Under the pieces are notes generated by a model, which searched no databases, had not been told where the DNA came from, and worked only from the letters and a program-made list of their open reading frames with translations. Shown here piece after piece: positions 21,709 to 32,544 of a stretch of DNA of 32,544 bases; position 1 is the stretch's first letter; each line of letters begins with the position of its first letter. The translations under genes were made by a program, and so were the position numbers. Source of the stretch: Octopus bimaculoides (taxonomy: Eukaryota); the NCBI RefSeq assembly GCF_001194135.2, contig NC_069001.1, forward strand, positions 19,723,724-19,756,267. Reading direction: 5' to 3'.

Positions 21709-23589
21709 GATCACGGCCACATCATCCAAACAGACCGGGTGAAACAGGGCTTAGCTGCTAGTTTATAATAAAAACTATTATAATTGTTCTCTGAATCACT
21801 TTCACTCACACTAGACTTGCTCACACCATCACTTGTAGACAAAATTGCTGATTCACAAGCACTCATAGATAGACTTGTAGATTTCTTTTTAAAAAACAAG
21901 TCTAGAGTTGTTTGCTTAGAAGAAGCTTTTTTTTTTTTGCTCTCTATAAATTTCTCAGTAACATGCAGAAGCATTTGTTATGGTAGTAGAAATTTTTGCA
22001 CTACATTCAAAATTCCTTTTCAAAGTGATGGCTTTTCATTTCTTTTTGTTCTCATCAGTGTCTGTTGTACACTTTCGTTTAGACATAATGGGTGGGTTTA
22101 AAAATGCTGAAAATAATAGTGTAAATACACATATACAATATAAAATATGTGGTACAAAGAATTAGCTTATAATAATCTCTTTCAACAAAGTGAATGTGCA
22201 AACCAAGACACTGAAATTTTATGCCGTCATTTTACTCCATTGCTATATGCAGCTATGTAGATGCATCAGAAGTAGTGATGCCATACACACAAACTGGCTG
22301 TTCAACCTTTTTATATTTATTATAAAATAAAACTCATAAACCCAGGGTCTCATAAAGTGAGGTATTACTGTAATTCAACTTGCATTTAATTACTGCAGTC
22401 AAATACTTGGTGGATGGTGTCAGTGATAGAGAGTAGTGGGGAAGACTTGGGTGCGAGGCCCAAAATTTCATTTTCACTTAGAAGTATAGATACATACAAT
22501 GATCTACTTCAGTTTTTATCCACCAATTTCATTCACAAGGTGTTTGCCAACCAATGGTTATAATAAGTACCAGCTGACAGCGTCTTCATAGTGGGATCAA
22601 ACCCCTGATGGTGATAGTAGATTCACTGCTGGCAAGTGAAAATTCCTTGTAGGTTTAACTAAACAGAAACCTGATTGTATATGTAGGAGTGCATGAAATA
22701 GGTTTTTCTTTTAGATTTAACTATCATCTGGGAAGAAAAGTTTGATACAGAACACAGCAAAAGACTCAGTAAAGAACTTGGTTAAAAGATGTGTTGAGAC
22801 TGGATGGAAAGCAGAGAATCACCACCTTGGTCATTAAGATTTTTCACCTCATAAAAAACAGGGAAATTAATAAAGTCTGAGAAAATGAAGAAAAAGACTC
22901 AATGTTCTGGCTACAGGTAGATGAAAAATGTGGTAATTAAATGCTGTCCAACACCAGCATCAAAGACCCTCTAGTTGCCATGACAATGAATACAGCGGTT
23001 CCTTTCTTTTAAAAACAGTTAACAACTCAGGTCTTTTTTTCTCTTTTTTTCTTTTAAAAACATGATTACAGTGGTTCCTTCTGATGCAATGTTGGGTCTA
23101 TTAAGGGAACTATTGGTAGGTGAGTATCCTAAGATGTCTACTATTTCTCTCAGACATAAATAACAAATATCAAAAGTATGTATAAGTATATATCATATTT
23201 TAACAGTATCAGTGGCCAGGAAATACATTTCTATTAGACTTAACTTTCACTTGGCTACATCACATGTTCAGAAGATAACCACCATGATTATCATTGAATG
23301 TGCAAACTTATCATTCACCTGTAAATTCCATAGTTTATGGTCATGTCAGCCCTCATTTTGTTAGGTATTCTACATATGGCAAGATGGGAGAATAATTTAT
23401 GAGTAAATCCTCTTTATTTAAATTTCACGCTATTAAAATTATTCACAAAGAATGACGAGATGAAAATTAAATATTTTGGGCCTCTTAGCTGATACAACAA
23501 AAATTGAAAAAAAGTAATGTTTTGTATGTCTAACTTATACTCGCATGCATAAACATGAAAACATTCTCTTTATTGAGCAAACTTTCATA

Positions 23590-23690
23590 GTGGTGTCTCC
23601 AAACCTCTCTCGTTGCAGCCTCTCCTATGACATCACAATTCTCTCTCACACACAGTCTTGCAACACGAAATAGCTCAAGTCTTTGGTCGA
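23590..23690 (-). mobile_element. Short RTE ORF fragment
   Basis: Matches 16965-17090 (cacactgtcttgcaacac...caagtctttggtc) with an internal deletion. Confidence 0.7.
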
Positions 23691-23694
23691 GAGG

Positions 23695-23725
<31 letters not shown>

Positions 23726-24763
23726 TGAGGCAGAGAGAGGGGGGTGCCAGAGTTAAGGTGGTCAGAACACGTGGGAGAAAAATATTCTTTTGGGATTTGG
23801 GTAGCATAATTTAATGAATCAGCAAATGTCGATAATAGTAAAATAGAATTGAAAAATCTGAGAGTTTTCGGTTAGCCAATCTAAGAGAAATAAGTGACTG
23901 TGAATAAATAAAACGTGGTGGTTAAGGATATGCGTGAACTAATGTTATCTTAAGGTAACAACGAGGAAGAAGAAGCTATTGAAACTATATTTACATATCT
24001 GCAAGGTAATGAAATAGATAGAATAATGAAAAGAACTAATAGGAAGTTTATGTTCTGCGCAGAAATAGAAGAATAGATGAACGAGGTTGAAAAGACAAAA
24101 CTTCTTATCTGAGCATCTTCTGAGATTCGTATCGTTCGGCAGGGGTATTAAAAATCGAGTAGGAGAATCCGGGTGCGTGCGCTAGTTTATATAGGGTGGA
24201 GGTGGTGGTGGAGGAGGAAGTCTTGGCGAAGCGAGTGGTAATCAAAAGAGAGAGAGACAGACAGACAGAATGAGGTCAAGAGAGAAAGACAGAGTGAGCT
24301 TCCATGTTGTTGCCTTAAGATAACTTTAGTTCACAGATTCATTTATTTCTCTAATTTTGTCATAGATTGGCTGACCGAAAACTCTCAGATTTTTCATTTC
24401 TATTGTATTATCGGCATTTGCTGTTTCGTTAAATTATGCTACTCAGATCCCAAAAGAATATTTTTCTCCCACGTGTTCTGACCACCTTAACNNNNNNNNN
24501 NNNNNNNNNNNNNNNNNNNNNNNNNNNNNNNNNNNNNNNNNNNTCTCTCTCTCTCTCTCTCTCTGCCTCACTCTGTCTGCCTGCCTGTCTGTCTGTCTGT
24601 CTCTCGGCCTCACTCTGACTCTCTCTCTCTTTCGATTACCACTCACTTCGCCAAGACTTCCTCCTCCACCACCAACCCCACCTTACATAAACTAGCGCAT
24701 GCACTTGGATTCCCCTACTCGATTTTTAATACCGCCACCAAAAGTATACGTATGCAGAAGATG
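23690..24763. repeat. Complex inverted-repeat (foldback) cluster
   Basis: 23752-23969 is the reverse complement of 24299-24491; 24114-24298 is the reverse complement of 24544-24763; GA/TC microsatellites link the modules. Confidence 0.85.
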
Positions 24764-24788
24764 ATCTCGTCTAAATTTGCTCGTTCGC

Positions 24789-25224
24789 GGACAGAAAGAC
24801 CGATTTTATGGCGTGGGTATATTTCTTGCGGAGAAATGGGTTGACAAGGTAATCGAGGTAAGAGTATGTGACAGAATACTTAGGATTAGATTAGAGCTTC
24901 ATCATGGGTTAGCAACCATTATCTCGGCCTATACCTCTCAGCCGATGGACAGACAAACCGATTTTATGACACCATCTTGCAAGCTACCTCGTTGACGAAT
25001 GACAGGGACCTTCCCTTTGTGGCTGGTGACTTCAATGGACATGTTGGACAACATACAGAGGGCTTCCATGGCGTACATGGAGGCTACAGTTTTGGTTTCT
25101 GCAATGAGGAGGGAACCAGGCTGCTGGAGTTCTGCGATGCAAATGATCTTATGGTTTGGAACACTAACTTCAGGAAACCTGCCAGTCATCTAGTCACCTA
25201 CCGTTCTGACAGACACACTAGCCA
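24789..25224 (+). mobile_element. RTE APE-endonuclease fragment
   Basis: YGVGIFLAEKWVDKV, FVAGDFNGHVG, GTRLLEFCDANDL, NTNFRKP; homologous to 2450-2880. Confidence 0.88.
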
Positions 25225-25227
25225 TTC

Positions 25228-28200
25228 CTAGAAAACATGAAGTTGCAAAATGTTGCAAATCAGCCACAAATAGTTTGCAAATTTTGAAATGAAAAATTCT
25301 TCTTTTCCCATATACCATTAATTCTTTTGTGACTTTTCATTTTTCTCATTTATTTGGTTGAAAAGTAAACTTGGTAATATACATTTGCTGGTAGATGTGA
25401 AGATTATATTTATAAAACATTTCACTGAAATCTCACGAATACTTAGAAAACATGAAGTTGCAAATTGTTGCAAACCAGCATCAAATTGTTTGCAAATTTT
25501 GAAATGAAATATTCTTGTTTTCCATATACAATCAGTTCTTTTGAGACTCTACGTTTTTTACCCGTGCACTTATTTCATTGAGAAGTAATGGCTTGATATA
25601 CATTTACTGGAAGATGTGAAGATAATATTTACCAAACATTTCACTAAAATCCTGGAAAATCCTGGAATTCCTGGAAAATATGAAGTTCCAAAACGTCGCA
25701 AACCAAATTCAAATTGTTTGCAAATTTTAAAATGAACAATTCTTGTCTTCCCATACACAATTAGTTTCTTTGTGACTTTTCATATTTCTGACATGCACTT
25801 GTTTGGTTGAGAAGTAATGTGTTACAGGCATTCTTACAAAAACATGAAATTGCAAACTGTTGCAAATCAGCTTCAAATTGTTTCCAAATTTTAAAATGAA
25901 ATATTGTTGTTTTCCATATACAATGAGTTGGTTTGTAACTACGTTTTTTACACACGCACTTATTTCATTGAGAAGTAATGGCTTGGTAAGCATTGTAGAT
26001 ATGAAGATTATATTTACCAAACATTTCACTAAAACATCGAATATTCCTGGAAAACATGAAGTTTCCAATTGATGCAAATCACCCACAAATTGTTTGCAAA
26101 TTTGGAAATGCAAAATTCTTGTTTTCCCATATACCATTAGTTCTTCGTGACTTTTCATTTTTCTCACACGCACCTATTTGGTTGAAAAGTAAATTTGTTA
26201 ATATATATTTGCTGGTAGATGTGAAGATTGTATTAACCAAACATTTCACTGAAATGAATTGTAAATTGTTGCAAATCAGCAATGAAGATGCAAAATGTTG
26301 CAAATGAGCATCAAATTGTTTGCAAATATTGAAATGAAAAATTCTTCTTCTCACATATACGATTAGTTCATTTGTGACATTTCATTTGTTAAACACTCGC
26401 TTATTTGATTCAAACGTGAAGGTTTAATATACATTTGCTGATGGAAGTGACGTTTCAATTTCATACATTTCACTGAAATCTGAAGAATTGTCATAAAAAC
26501 ATGAAGTTGCAAAATGTTGCAAATCAGCATCAAATTATTTTCAAATTTTGAAATGAAAAATTATTCTTTTACCAAATCATTTTTTTATCAAATCATTTGT
26601 TTTTTACACAAGCATTTATTTGATTGAGATGTAATGGCTTGATATACATTTACTGGTAGATGTGAAGACTGTATTTACCAAACATTTCACGAAATCTCCA
26701 GTGTACCTGGAAAACATGTTTTTGCAAAATGTTGCAAATCAACCTCAAATTGTTTGCAAATTTTTGAATGAAAAATTCTTGTTTTTCGATATACCATTAG
26801 TTCATTTCTGATTTTTCATTTTTCTGACACGCACTTATTTGTTTGGGAAGTGATTGTCGATGTTTAGATTATACTTAACAAACTTTTCACTGAAATCTCA
26901 AGCATTGATGGAAAAAAATGAAGTTGCAAAATGTTGCAAATCAGCTTCAAGTTGTTTTAAAATTTTAAAATGAAATATACTTGTTTTCCATAGGAAGGAT
27001 TTCTTTTGTGACTCTACGCTTTTTACACACGCACTTATTTGTTTGAGATGAAATGTTATAATATACATTGGCTGGTGAATGTGAAGATTATTTTTACCTA
27101 ACATTTCACTGAAATCTCAATTCTTCCAAAAACATGAAGATGCAAAATGTTGCAAATCAGCATCAAATTGTTGATTTTCCATACAATTAGTTCATTTGTG
27201 ACTTTTTCATTTTTACACAAGGATTTAATTGATATTTCCACGTGGATGGGAAGATTATATTAACCAAACAATTCACTGAAATCTGAAGAATTGTTACAAA
27301 AACATGAAGTTGAAAATGTTACAAATCAGCATTAATTTATATTCAAATTTTGAAATGAAAAATTCTTCATTTCACTTGTATTTCATTTGTGACTCTATGC
27401 TTTTTACACGCGCAATTATTTCATTAAGAAGTTATGGCTTGATATACATTTACTAGTAGATGTGAAGATTATATTTACATTGCAAATCAGCCGCAAATTG
27501 TTTGCAAATTTTGAATTGAAAATTTCTTGATTTCCCATATAGCAATAGTTCATTTGTTAATAATAGTTCATTTGTTAATAATAGTTCATTTCACTGAATT
27601 ATCAAGCATTCATGGAGAACAAGAAGTTGCAAAATATTACCATTCAGCATCAAATTGTTTCTAGAGTTTGAAATGAAATATTCTTCTCTTCCTAATTGTG
27701 AAATTTCGTTTTTTACACAAGCACGTATTTGATTGAGAAGTAATGGCTTGATATATATTTACTGGTAGATGTGAAGATAATATTTACCAAACATTTCACC
27801 AAAATCTCAGGCATTAATTGAAAACATGAATTTCCAAAACGTTGCAATTGAATCTCAAATTCTTTCCAAAATTCGAAATGAAAAATTCTTGCTTTTCCAC
27901 ATACCATTAGTACCTTTGTGACTTTTTTCATTTTGCTAATAAGCATTTATTTGTTTGAGAATAAATGGGTGAACATACATTTCCATAAATGTGTAAATAG
28001 TAACCTAGAAAACAAGAAATTTTCCTTTCCAAATTCTGCTATAATTTCATGCTTATTTGCAATATTTTATGACTGTTTTTTGAGAAAGATTGTGATTTCA
28101 GTGAAATGTTTGGTGAATTTGATCTTGTCTGATTACTTTTCAATCTGAAAGGTGTTTGTCAGAAAAATGAATACTCACAAATGTTTAAACTGGAAATTAG

Positions 28201-29080
28201 AAACAAGAAATTTCAATTTCAACTATTCCCATGTTTTCATGCTTATTTGCATTATAGTGTGACTTTGTGAATATAATCGTCTGATCTAACGTATATTATC
28301 CAATTACTTTTCAAACTGAAAAGTGTTTCTCACAAAAATGAAAACTGACAAATGTGTAAATAGTAAACTAGGACACAAGAAATCTTCTCATGTTTTCATG
28401 CTTATTTACAATATTTACAGATTCAAGTTCGTTTGAGAAAGATTATGATTTCAGTGAAATGTTAGGTAAATATAATCTGTCACGTATTAACTAACGTACA
28501 TTAACCGATTATTTATCAATCTGAAAAGTGTTTGTCACAAAACTTGAAAAGTCACATATATGTAGTAAAGTAGGACACAAGAAATTTTCATTTTCAACTT
28601 TTCTTTTCTCTGAGAAAGGTTGTGATATCAGTGAAATGTTTGGTAAATATAATCTTCTTGTGTCTCAGTTAACCTATATTAACGTTTATTAGTTCCTCTG
28701 TGACTTTTCATATTTCTGACACGCACTTATTTGTTCGAGAAATAATGTGTTACATGACATCTACTTGTAAATGTGTAGATTATATTTACCAAATATTTCA
28801 CTGAAATCTCAAGCATATTTGATGCTGATTTGCAAAATTTTGCAACTTCATGATTTTGCAACAATTCTTCAGATTTCAGTGAAATGTTTGGTTGATATAA
28901 TCTGCACATCCACCAGAAAATGTATATTAAGCCATCTCGTCGCAATGAAATAAGTGGGTGTGTAAAAAATGAAAAGTCACACATGAACTAATTGTATATG
29001 TGAAAACAAGAATTTTTCAATTCAAAACTTGCAAAGATTTTAAGGCTTTATATTTTCTAAATGTTGCAAATCAACCACAA
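25228..29080. repeat. Degenerate ~205-215-bp satellite array with internal inversions
   Basis: Monomer aaaacatgaagttgcaaaatgttgcaaatcagcatcaaattgtttgcaaattttgaaatgaaa...gtgacttttcat...gatgtgaagattatatttaccaaacatttcactgaaatc. About 14 forward monomers start at ~25232, 25447, 25675, 25839, 26051, 26279, 26496, 26711, 26914, 27129, 27299, 27481, 27617 and 27821; reversed units follow after ~27970. Confidence 0.92.
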
Positions 29081-29099
29081 ATTTGTTTACTCTTACTAT

Positions 29100-29385
29100 T
29101 TTAGTCCTTTACTTGTTTCAGTAATTTGACTGTGGCTATGCTGGAGCACCGCCTCTAGTCGAACAAATCGACCCCGGGACTTCTTTGTAAGCCTAGTACT
29201 TATTCTATCGGTCTCTTGCCGAACTGCTAATTTACGGGGATGTAAACACACCAGCATCGATTGTCAATGGGGACAAACACAGACGCACAAACATACATAC
29301 ACACACACACACATACATAGATATATACATATATACGGCAGGCTTCTTTCAGTTTCCATCTTCTAAATCTACTCACAAGGATTTG
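29100..29385 (-). mobile_element. tRNA-derived SINE, antisense, head missing
   Basis: Reverse complement of the 10444-10850 family. Confidence 0.85.
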
Positions 29386-29642
29386 GAAATTTTGTGAAAA
29401 TGGTTGTGACATCGGTGAACTCTTTGATAAATATACTGTTTTCATCAACCATCTAGCCTATATAAACCCAGTAGACTTCAAAATGAATAGTGGTNNNNNN
29501 NNNNNNNNNNNNNNNNNNNNNNNNNNNNNNNNNNNNNNNNNNNNNNNNNNNNNNNNNNNNNNNNNNNNNNNNNNNNNNNNNNNNNNNNNNNNNNATACAA
29601 TATCCTGTGAGTATTTAAAATTCCCTTCAAAATAAGTTAAGA

Positions 29643-29756
29643 AAGGACGCTGAGGAAGGACGCCGGCAAGAAAACGTGCTAAGGAATTTTCGGTGCATAA
29701 CTGTGTTAAACACAGAGTTTAAGTCTTTGGTCAGGTTGTTAGCGAAAAGGTTAGCG
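29643..29756 (+). pseudogene. L1/Tx1-like reverse transcriptase fragment
   Basis: ENVLRNFRCITVLNTEFKSLVRLLAKRLA resembles the non-LTR RT motif NFRPITLLNTDYKILAKILAKRL. Confidence 0.65.
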
Positions 29757-30293
29757 ATCAGTTAGTTGACATCCGCGACAACTGGACGTCAATTTCACGA
29801 GCAGGATGTCCCGTTCCGTTGATCAAACCAACTGGAAACATTGCCGGAACTGATGGAGTGCTAGTTAAGGTTATGTTTAAATAAAAAATTGGGGCACCGA
29901 AAATATTTAAATTTGTATACATTTTGTAGAATCATCGAAATCGCATATGTTTAAAACATTGAAATCTAATATGATCAACTTAAAAAAACTTTTTCAAAAA
30001 TAGTCTTAAACTATTACGGAGATGTACTTGCATAGCAAGTGAACTGATCTGAGATCGTGTGCTGGAACGAAAACAATTGCAGTGTGGAAGGTGTTTATAA
30101 GTCATTTAAGAAATACAAAATAACCGTTAGATTCACTTCAAATATTATAACACCTTCCAAGCTGCAATTGTAGTCTTAAACTATGCTGATAATTAATAGC
30201 ATGTAGGGTCACTGTATTTTGTTAGGCAACCATAATATACTACCTAGGATATTAAAGACTTAAAAGTAAATACTATATCCTACCTGTGCAATT

Positions 30294-30733
30294 CAATCAC
30301 TTTTTAAAAAGTTATCTCTACAGATTTTCTATAGAAATTTGAGCCAGTACTGAAATTGACAACGTTTTGTATTCGAATACATCTTTGTAAACGATGGGAT
30401 CAAAAATAGAAAAAGATGTATATGCATATTTCAGGAATTATTGCTTCTTCTTCAGCACCACACCCAACTCATTAACTATTAACAAACACAATGCCTGGAT
30501 GGTTAATGGGTTGGATGTGGTGTTGAAAAAAGAGCAATAACTCCTGCTAGGTGCATATACATTCATTACTTATTAGAACCAGCACTGAACGTATACGCAT
30601 ATTCGTATACTAATACGCCTATGCAAATACTCGTATTAGTATACGAATATTCGTATACGAAAGACCTTAATCTTCAATGCTGGTTCTAATTTCTATAGAA
30701 AATCTTTAGAGATGACTTTAAAAAGTGAAATTG
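30294..30733. mobile_element. MITE-like element with ~65-bp TIRs and two internal hairpins
   Basis: 30294-30358 pairs with 30668-30733; 30417-30476 pairs with 30502-30561; 30590-30617 pairs with 30632-30659. Confidence 0.7.
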
Positions 30734-30962
30734 TTCTTTTACTTGTTTCAGTCATTTAACTGTGGCCATGCTGGAGCACCACCTCAAAGGGTATTTTAGT
30801 CGAAAAAATCGACTCCAGAACTTATTCTTTCTAAGCCTAGTACTTAGTCCATCGATCACTTATGCTGAACCGCTAGATTACGGATATGTAAACACCAACA
30901 TCGGTTGTCAAGCGATGGTGGGGGAAAACACAAAGACACACACACGCACACATACACACACA

Positions 30963-31052
<90 letters not shown>

Positions 31053-31185
31053 TATATATACACATATATACATATACGACGGACTTCTTTCAGTTTCCAT
31101 TTATCAAATCCACTCACAAGATTTTGGTCGGCCCAAGGCTATAGTAGAAAACACTTGCCTAAATGGTACTGAATCTGGAACCATG
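30734..31185 (-). mobile_element. tRNA-derived SINE with expanded (CA)n, antisense
   Basis: Reverse complement of the 10444-10850 family; (CA)n at ~30935-31050. Confidence 0.87.
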
Positions 31186-31519
31186 GTGATCAAGTTTTTA
31201 GGAGATTTACTATAATTTAAATTACTTCGCGATGTTACCATTTATTCCTCAAGTCTTCAAGCTAGGCAACGCCAGGTATTCCAGCTCGTTAAATAATATA
31301 TGGAACTCGTACCAAACGTACTGAATGTCAGTTTTTCGTTCCCCCACTCACTCGTACACACACACACACACACGCACACACACACACACACACACAAGCA
31401 CACATACACACACATATAGAAATGCGCATACATCCATCTACACAAAAACATGCTTACATACAAACAAATGATTACATTACACATACATATATACCGCTAT
31501 GATTGACCGCTAGCTCCAA

Positions 31520-31690
31520 AAGTTTTTTTTAATTCTCTCTCTGTTTATTTCACCCTGTTCCTTTCTGTTGAAGAGCGTAGGCTCGAAACGTAAAATACTT
31601 TCTCACCTTCTCGAGCATTAAACTAATACACCTATTTGTTGTTTATACACCTATCGTCGTCTTTTGCTTTTCTGAAAATTTCAACTATAT
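31520..31690 (+). mobile_element. Possible Penelope-like terminal repeat with a degenerate hammerhead-like core
   Basis: TTGAAGA-GCGTAGGCTC-GAAACGTA at 31568-31592 resembles the CUGANGA...GAAAC-GUH minimal hammerheads of PLEs; followed by TA-rich microsatellite. Confidence 0.4.
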
Positions 31691-31723
31691 ATACATATAT
31701 ATACGCATAAATGTACACATACG

Positions 31724-31760
<37 letters not shown>

Positions 31761-31761
31761 A

Positions 31762-32544
31762 TCAACACGACATGCCCCTGCCCCCTTCCGATTCCTCAGA
31801 ACTTTCGTCGGAAGACGAAAGTAATGAGGAATGGCAAATAGCCCAAAAAGGAAGGAGGAAGAGGAGCAAAAAAAGAAAAGCAAACACCAACAAAGCAGGG
31901 AGATACACAACTCCCGAAAACACTCCAGACACCAACACAAGCACACACAACAACAACACAAGCAACAAAACCCCAAAAGTAAACACACACACTGCTCACT
32001 GCCATCAACACAAAAAACTCAGAGTTGATGGAATACATCAACACAAAAACAAACATAAACGAAGACATAAAAACCAGCAACCACCCGTACACAACACCGC
32101 CAGAACACATCAAAATACTACACATAACACCGACCCTGCACCACACGCAAAAAATCCATTTTTCCCAAGGCAGTTGGCAAATGCCAAAAATACCTGGCGA
32201 AATAACTGTACAGTGATCTCCTCGAAGAAAACCCGAAGGAGGAGACACACACACAAAAAAACTCTCGAACGGTAAGTGACTCTCTGTTCCTGTCTTTAGA
32301 ACCTAAATACTCACATCAGGATTATGCTCAAGATTGGTTGTGTAAATGCGCGTGGCTTGGGGTCCCCTTGGAAACAAGGGCTACTACACGACATAAAGTT
32401 ACATAAACTAGAAATCATAGCCATAAGCGAGACCAGACTCCATGATCCGCGGGCCCTAATGTCCATGTTTGGAAGACAGTTTAACATTTGTTTTTCTCCC
32501 TGTCTGCCGAGAATGGGCGGTAGTGGCACGGCGGTACTCTTTCG
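31762..32544 (+). mobile_element. L1/Tx1-like LINE: probable ORF1 tail (low complexity) and ORF2 start
   Basis: Acidic/basic low-complexity ORF at 31772-32275 (SDSSELSSEDES...WQIAQKGRRKRSKK), followed by an APE-domain ORF from 32324. Confidence 0.7.
32324..32544 (+). CDS. LINE ORF2 N-terminus (APE endonuclease), open to the window end; absent from the supplied ORF track
   Basis: MLKIGCVNARGLGSPWKQGLLHDIKLHKLEIIAISETRL...GGSGTAVLF contains APE motif I (I..NARGL), motif II (IIAISETR) and the GG.G.AVL motif. Confidence 0.82.
   Translation, partial: MLKIGCVNARGLGSPWKQGLLHDIKLHKLEIIAISETRLHDPRALMSMFGRQFNICFSPCLPRMGGSGTAVLF

Larger units (their letters stand above)
19568..21761 (+). mobile_element. 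Non-autonomous Helitron nested in the Tigger-like element
   Basis: 5' A|TCTATATATATAAAG at 19568; degenerate hairpin ccgggtgaaacaggg followed by CTAG|T at 21758-21762. Pairing of these two ends into one element is inferred. Confidence 0.6.
19341..22370 (-). mobile_element. Tigger/pogo-like DNA transposon remnant, expanded by nested insertions
   Basis: TIRs cagtaatacttcgatatacgag (19341-19362) and ctcataaagtgaggtattactg (22349-22370), 17/22 matching; TA on the right flank. Minus-strand SKQTTLDLFFKK (~21870-21910) resembles pogo-transposase C-termini. Confidence 0.68.

Noticed and set aside
25228-27970. Regularly spaced repeats as a CRISPR array, or the ORFs in them as a repeat protein
   Set aside because: Eukaryotic context, whole ~210-bp monomers repeat with no unique spacers, no cas genes, and the ORFs are short and broken by stops.
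29389-29494. Stop-free protein-like frame FCENGCDIGELFDKYTVFINHLAYINPVDFKMNSG
   Set aside because: Short, no acceptor site, bounded by a SINE and a gap, and no motif I recognise; BLASTX would be needed.
31260-31292. Helitron-like 3' end (ctaggcaacgccaggtattccagctcgt)
   Set aside because: Terminal CTAG is mutated and no matching 5' end was found; not enough to call an element.
30762-31484. ORFs rich in HT/CV/YI dipeptides
   Set aside because: Translations of (CA)n/(TG)n/(TA)n microsatellites.

Overview
Eukaryotic, AT-rich, repeat-dense genomic DNA with six N gaps, most likely an octopus or other coleoid cephalopod (inferred from the RTE-LINE and tRNA-SINE families, not proven). The only host gene is the 3' part of queuine tRNA-ribosyltransferase accessory subunit QTRT2 (QTRTD1) on the + strand: five coding exons at 7684-7772, 9816-9916, 11849-11974, 18003-18128 and 18774-18894; its 5' exons are not evident in the window. 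The most notable feature is the intron at 9917-11848, which has AT...AG ends with a near-consensus U12 5' site (ATATCCCTT) and a U12 branch site (TTCCTTAAT) 10 nt before the AG. The rest is transposon-derived: decayed RTE LINEs, tRNA-SINEs, Helitrons, two MITEs with telomeric (CCCTAA)n cores and 8-9 bp TSDs, a Tigger-like element with nested Helitrons, a ~210-bp satellite with strand switches, foldback structures, Penelope-like relics and the start of an L1/Tx1-like LINE. I found no evidence for a new multi-gene system. Family names come from recalled motifs, not database searches.
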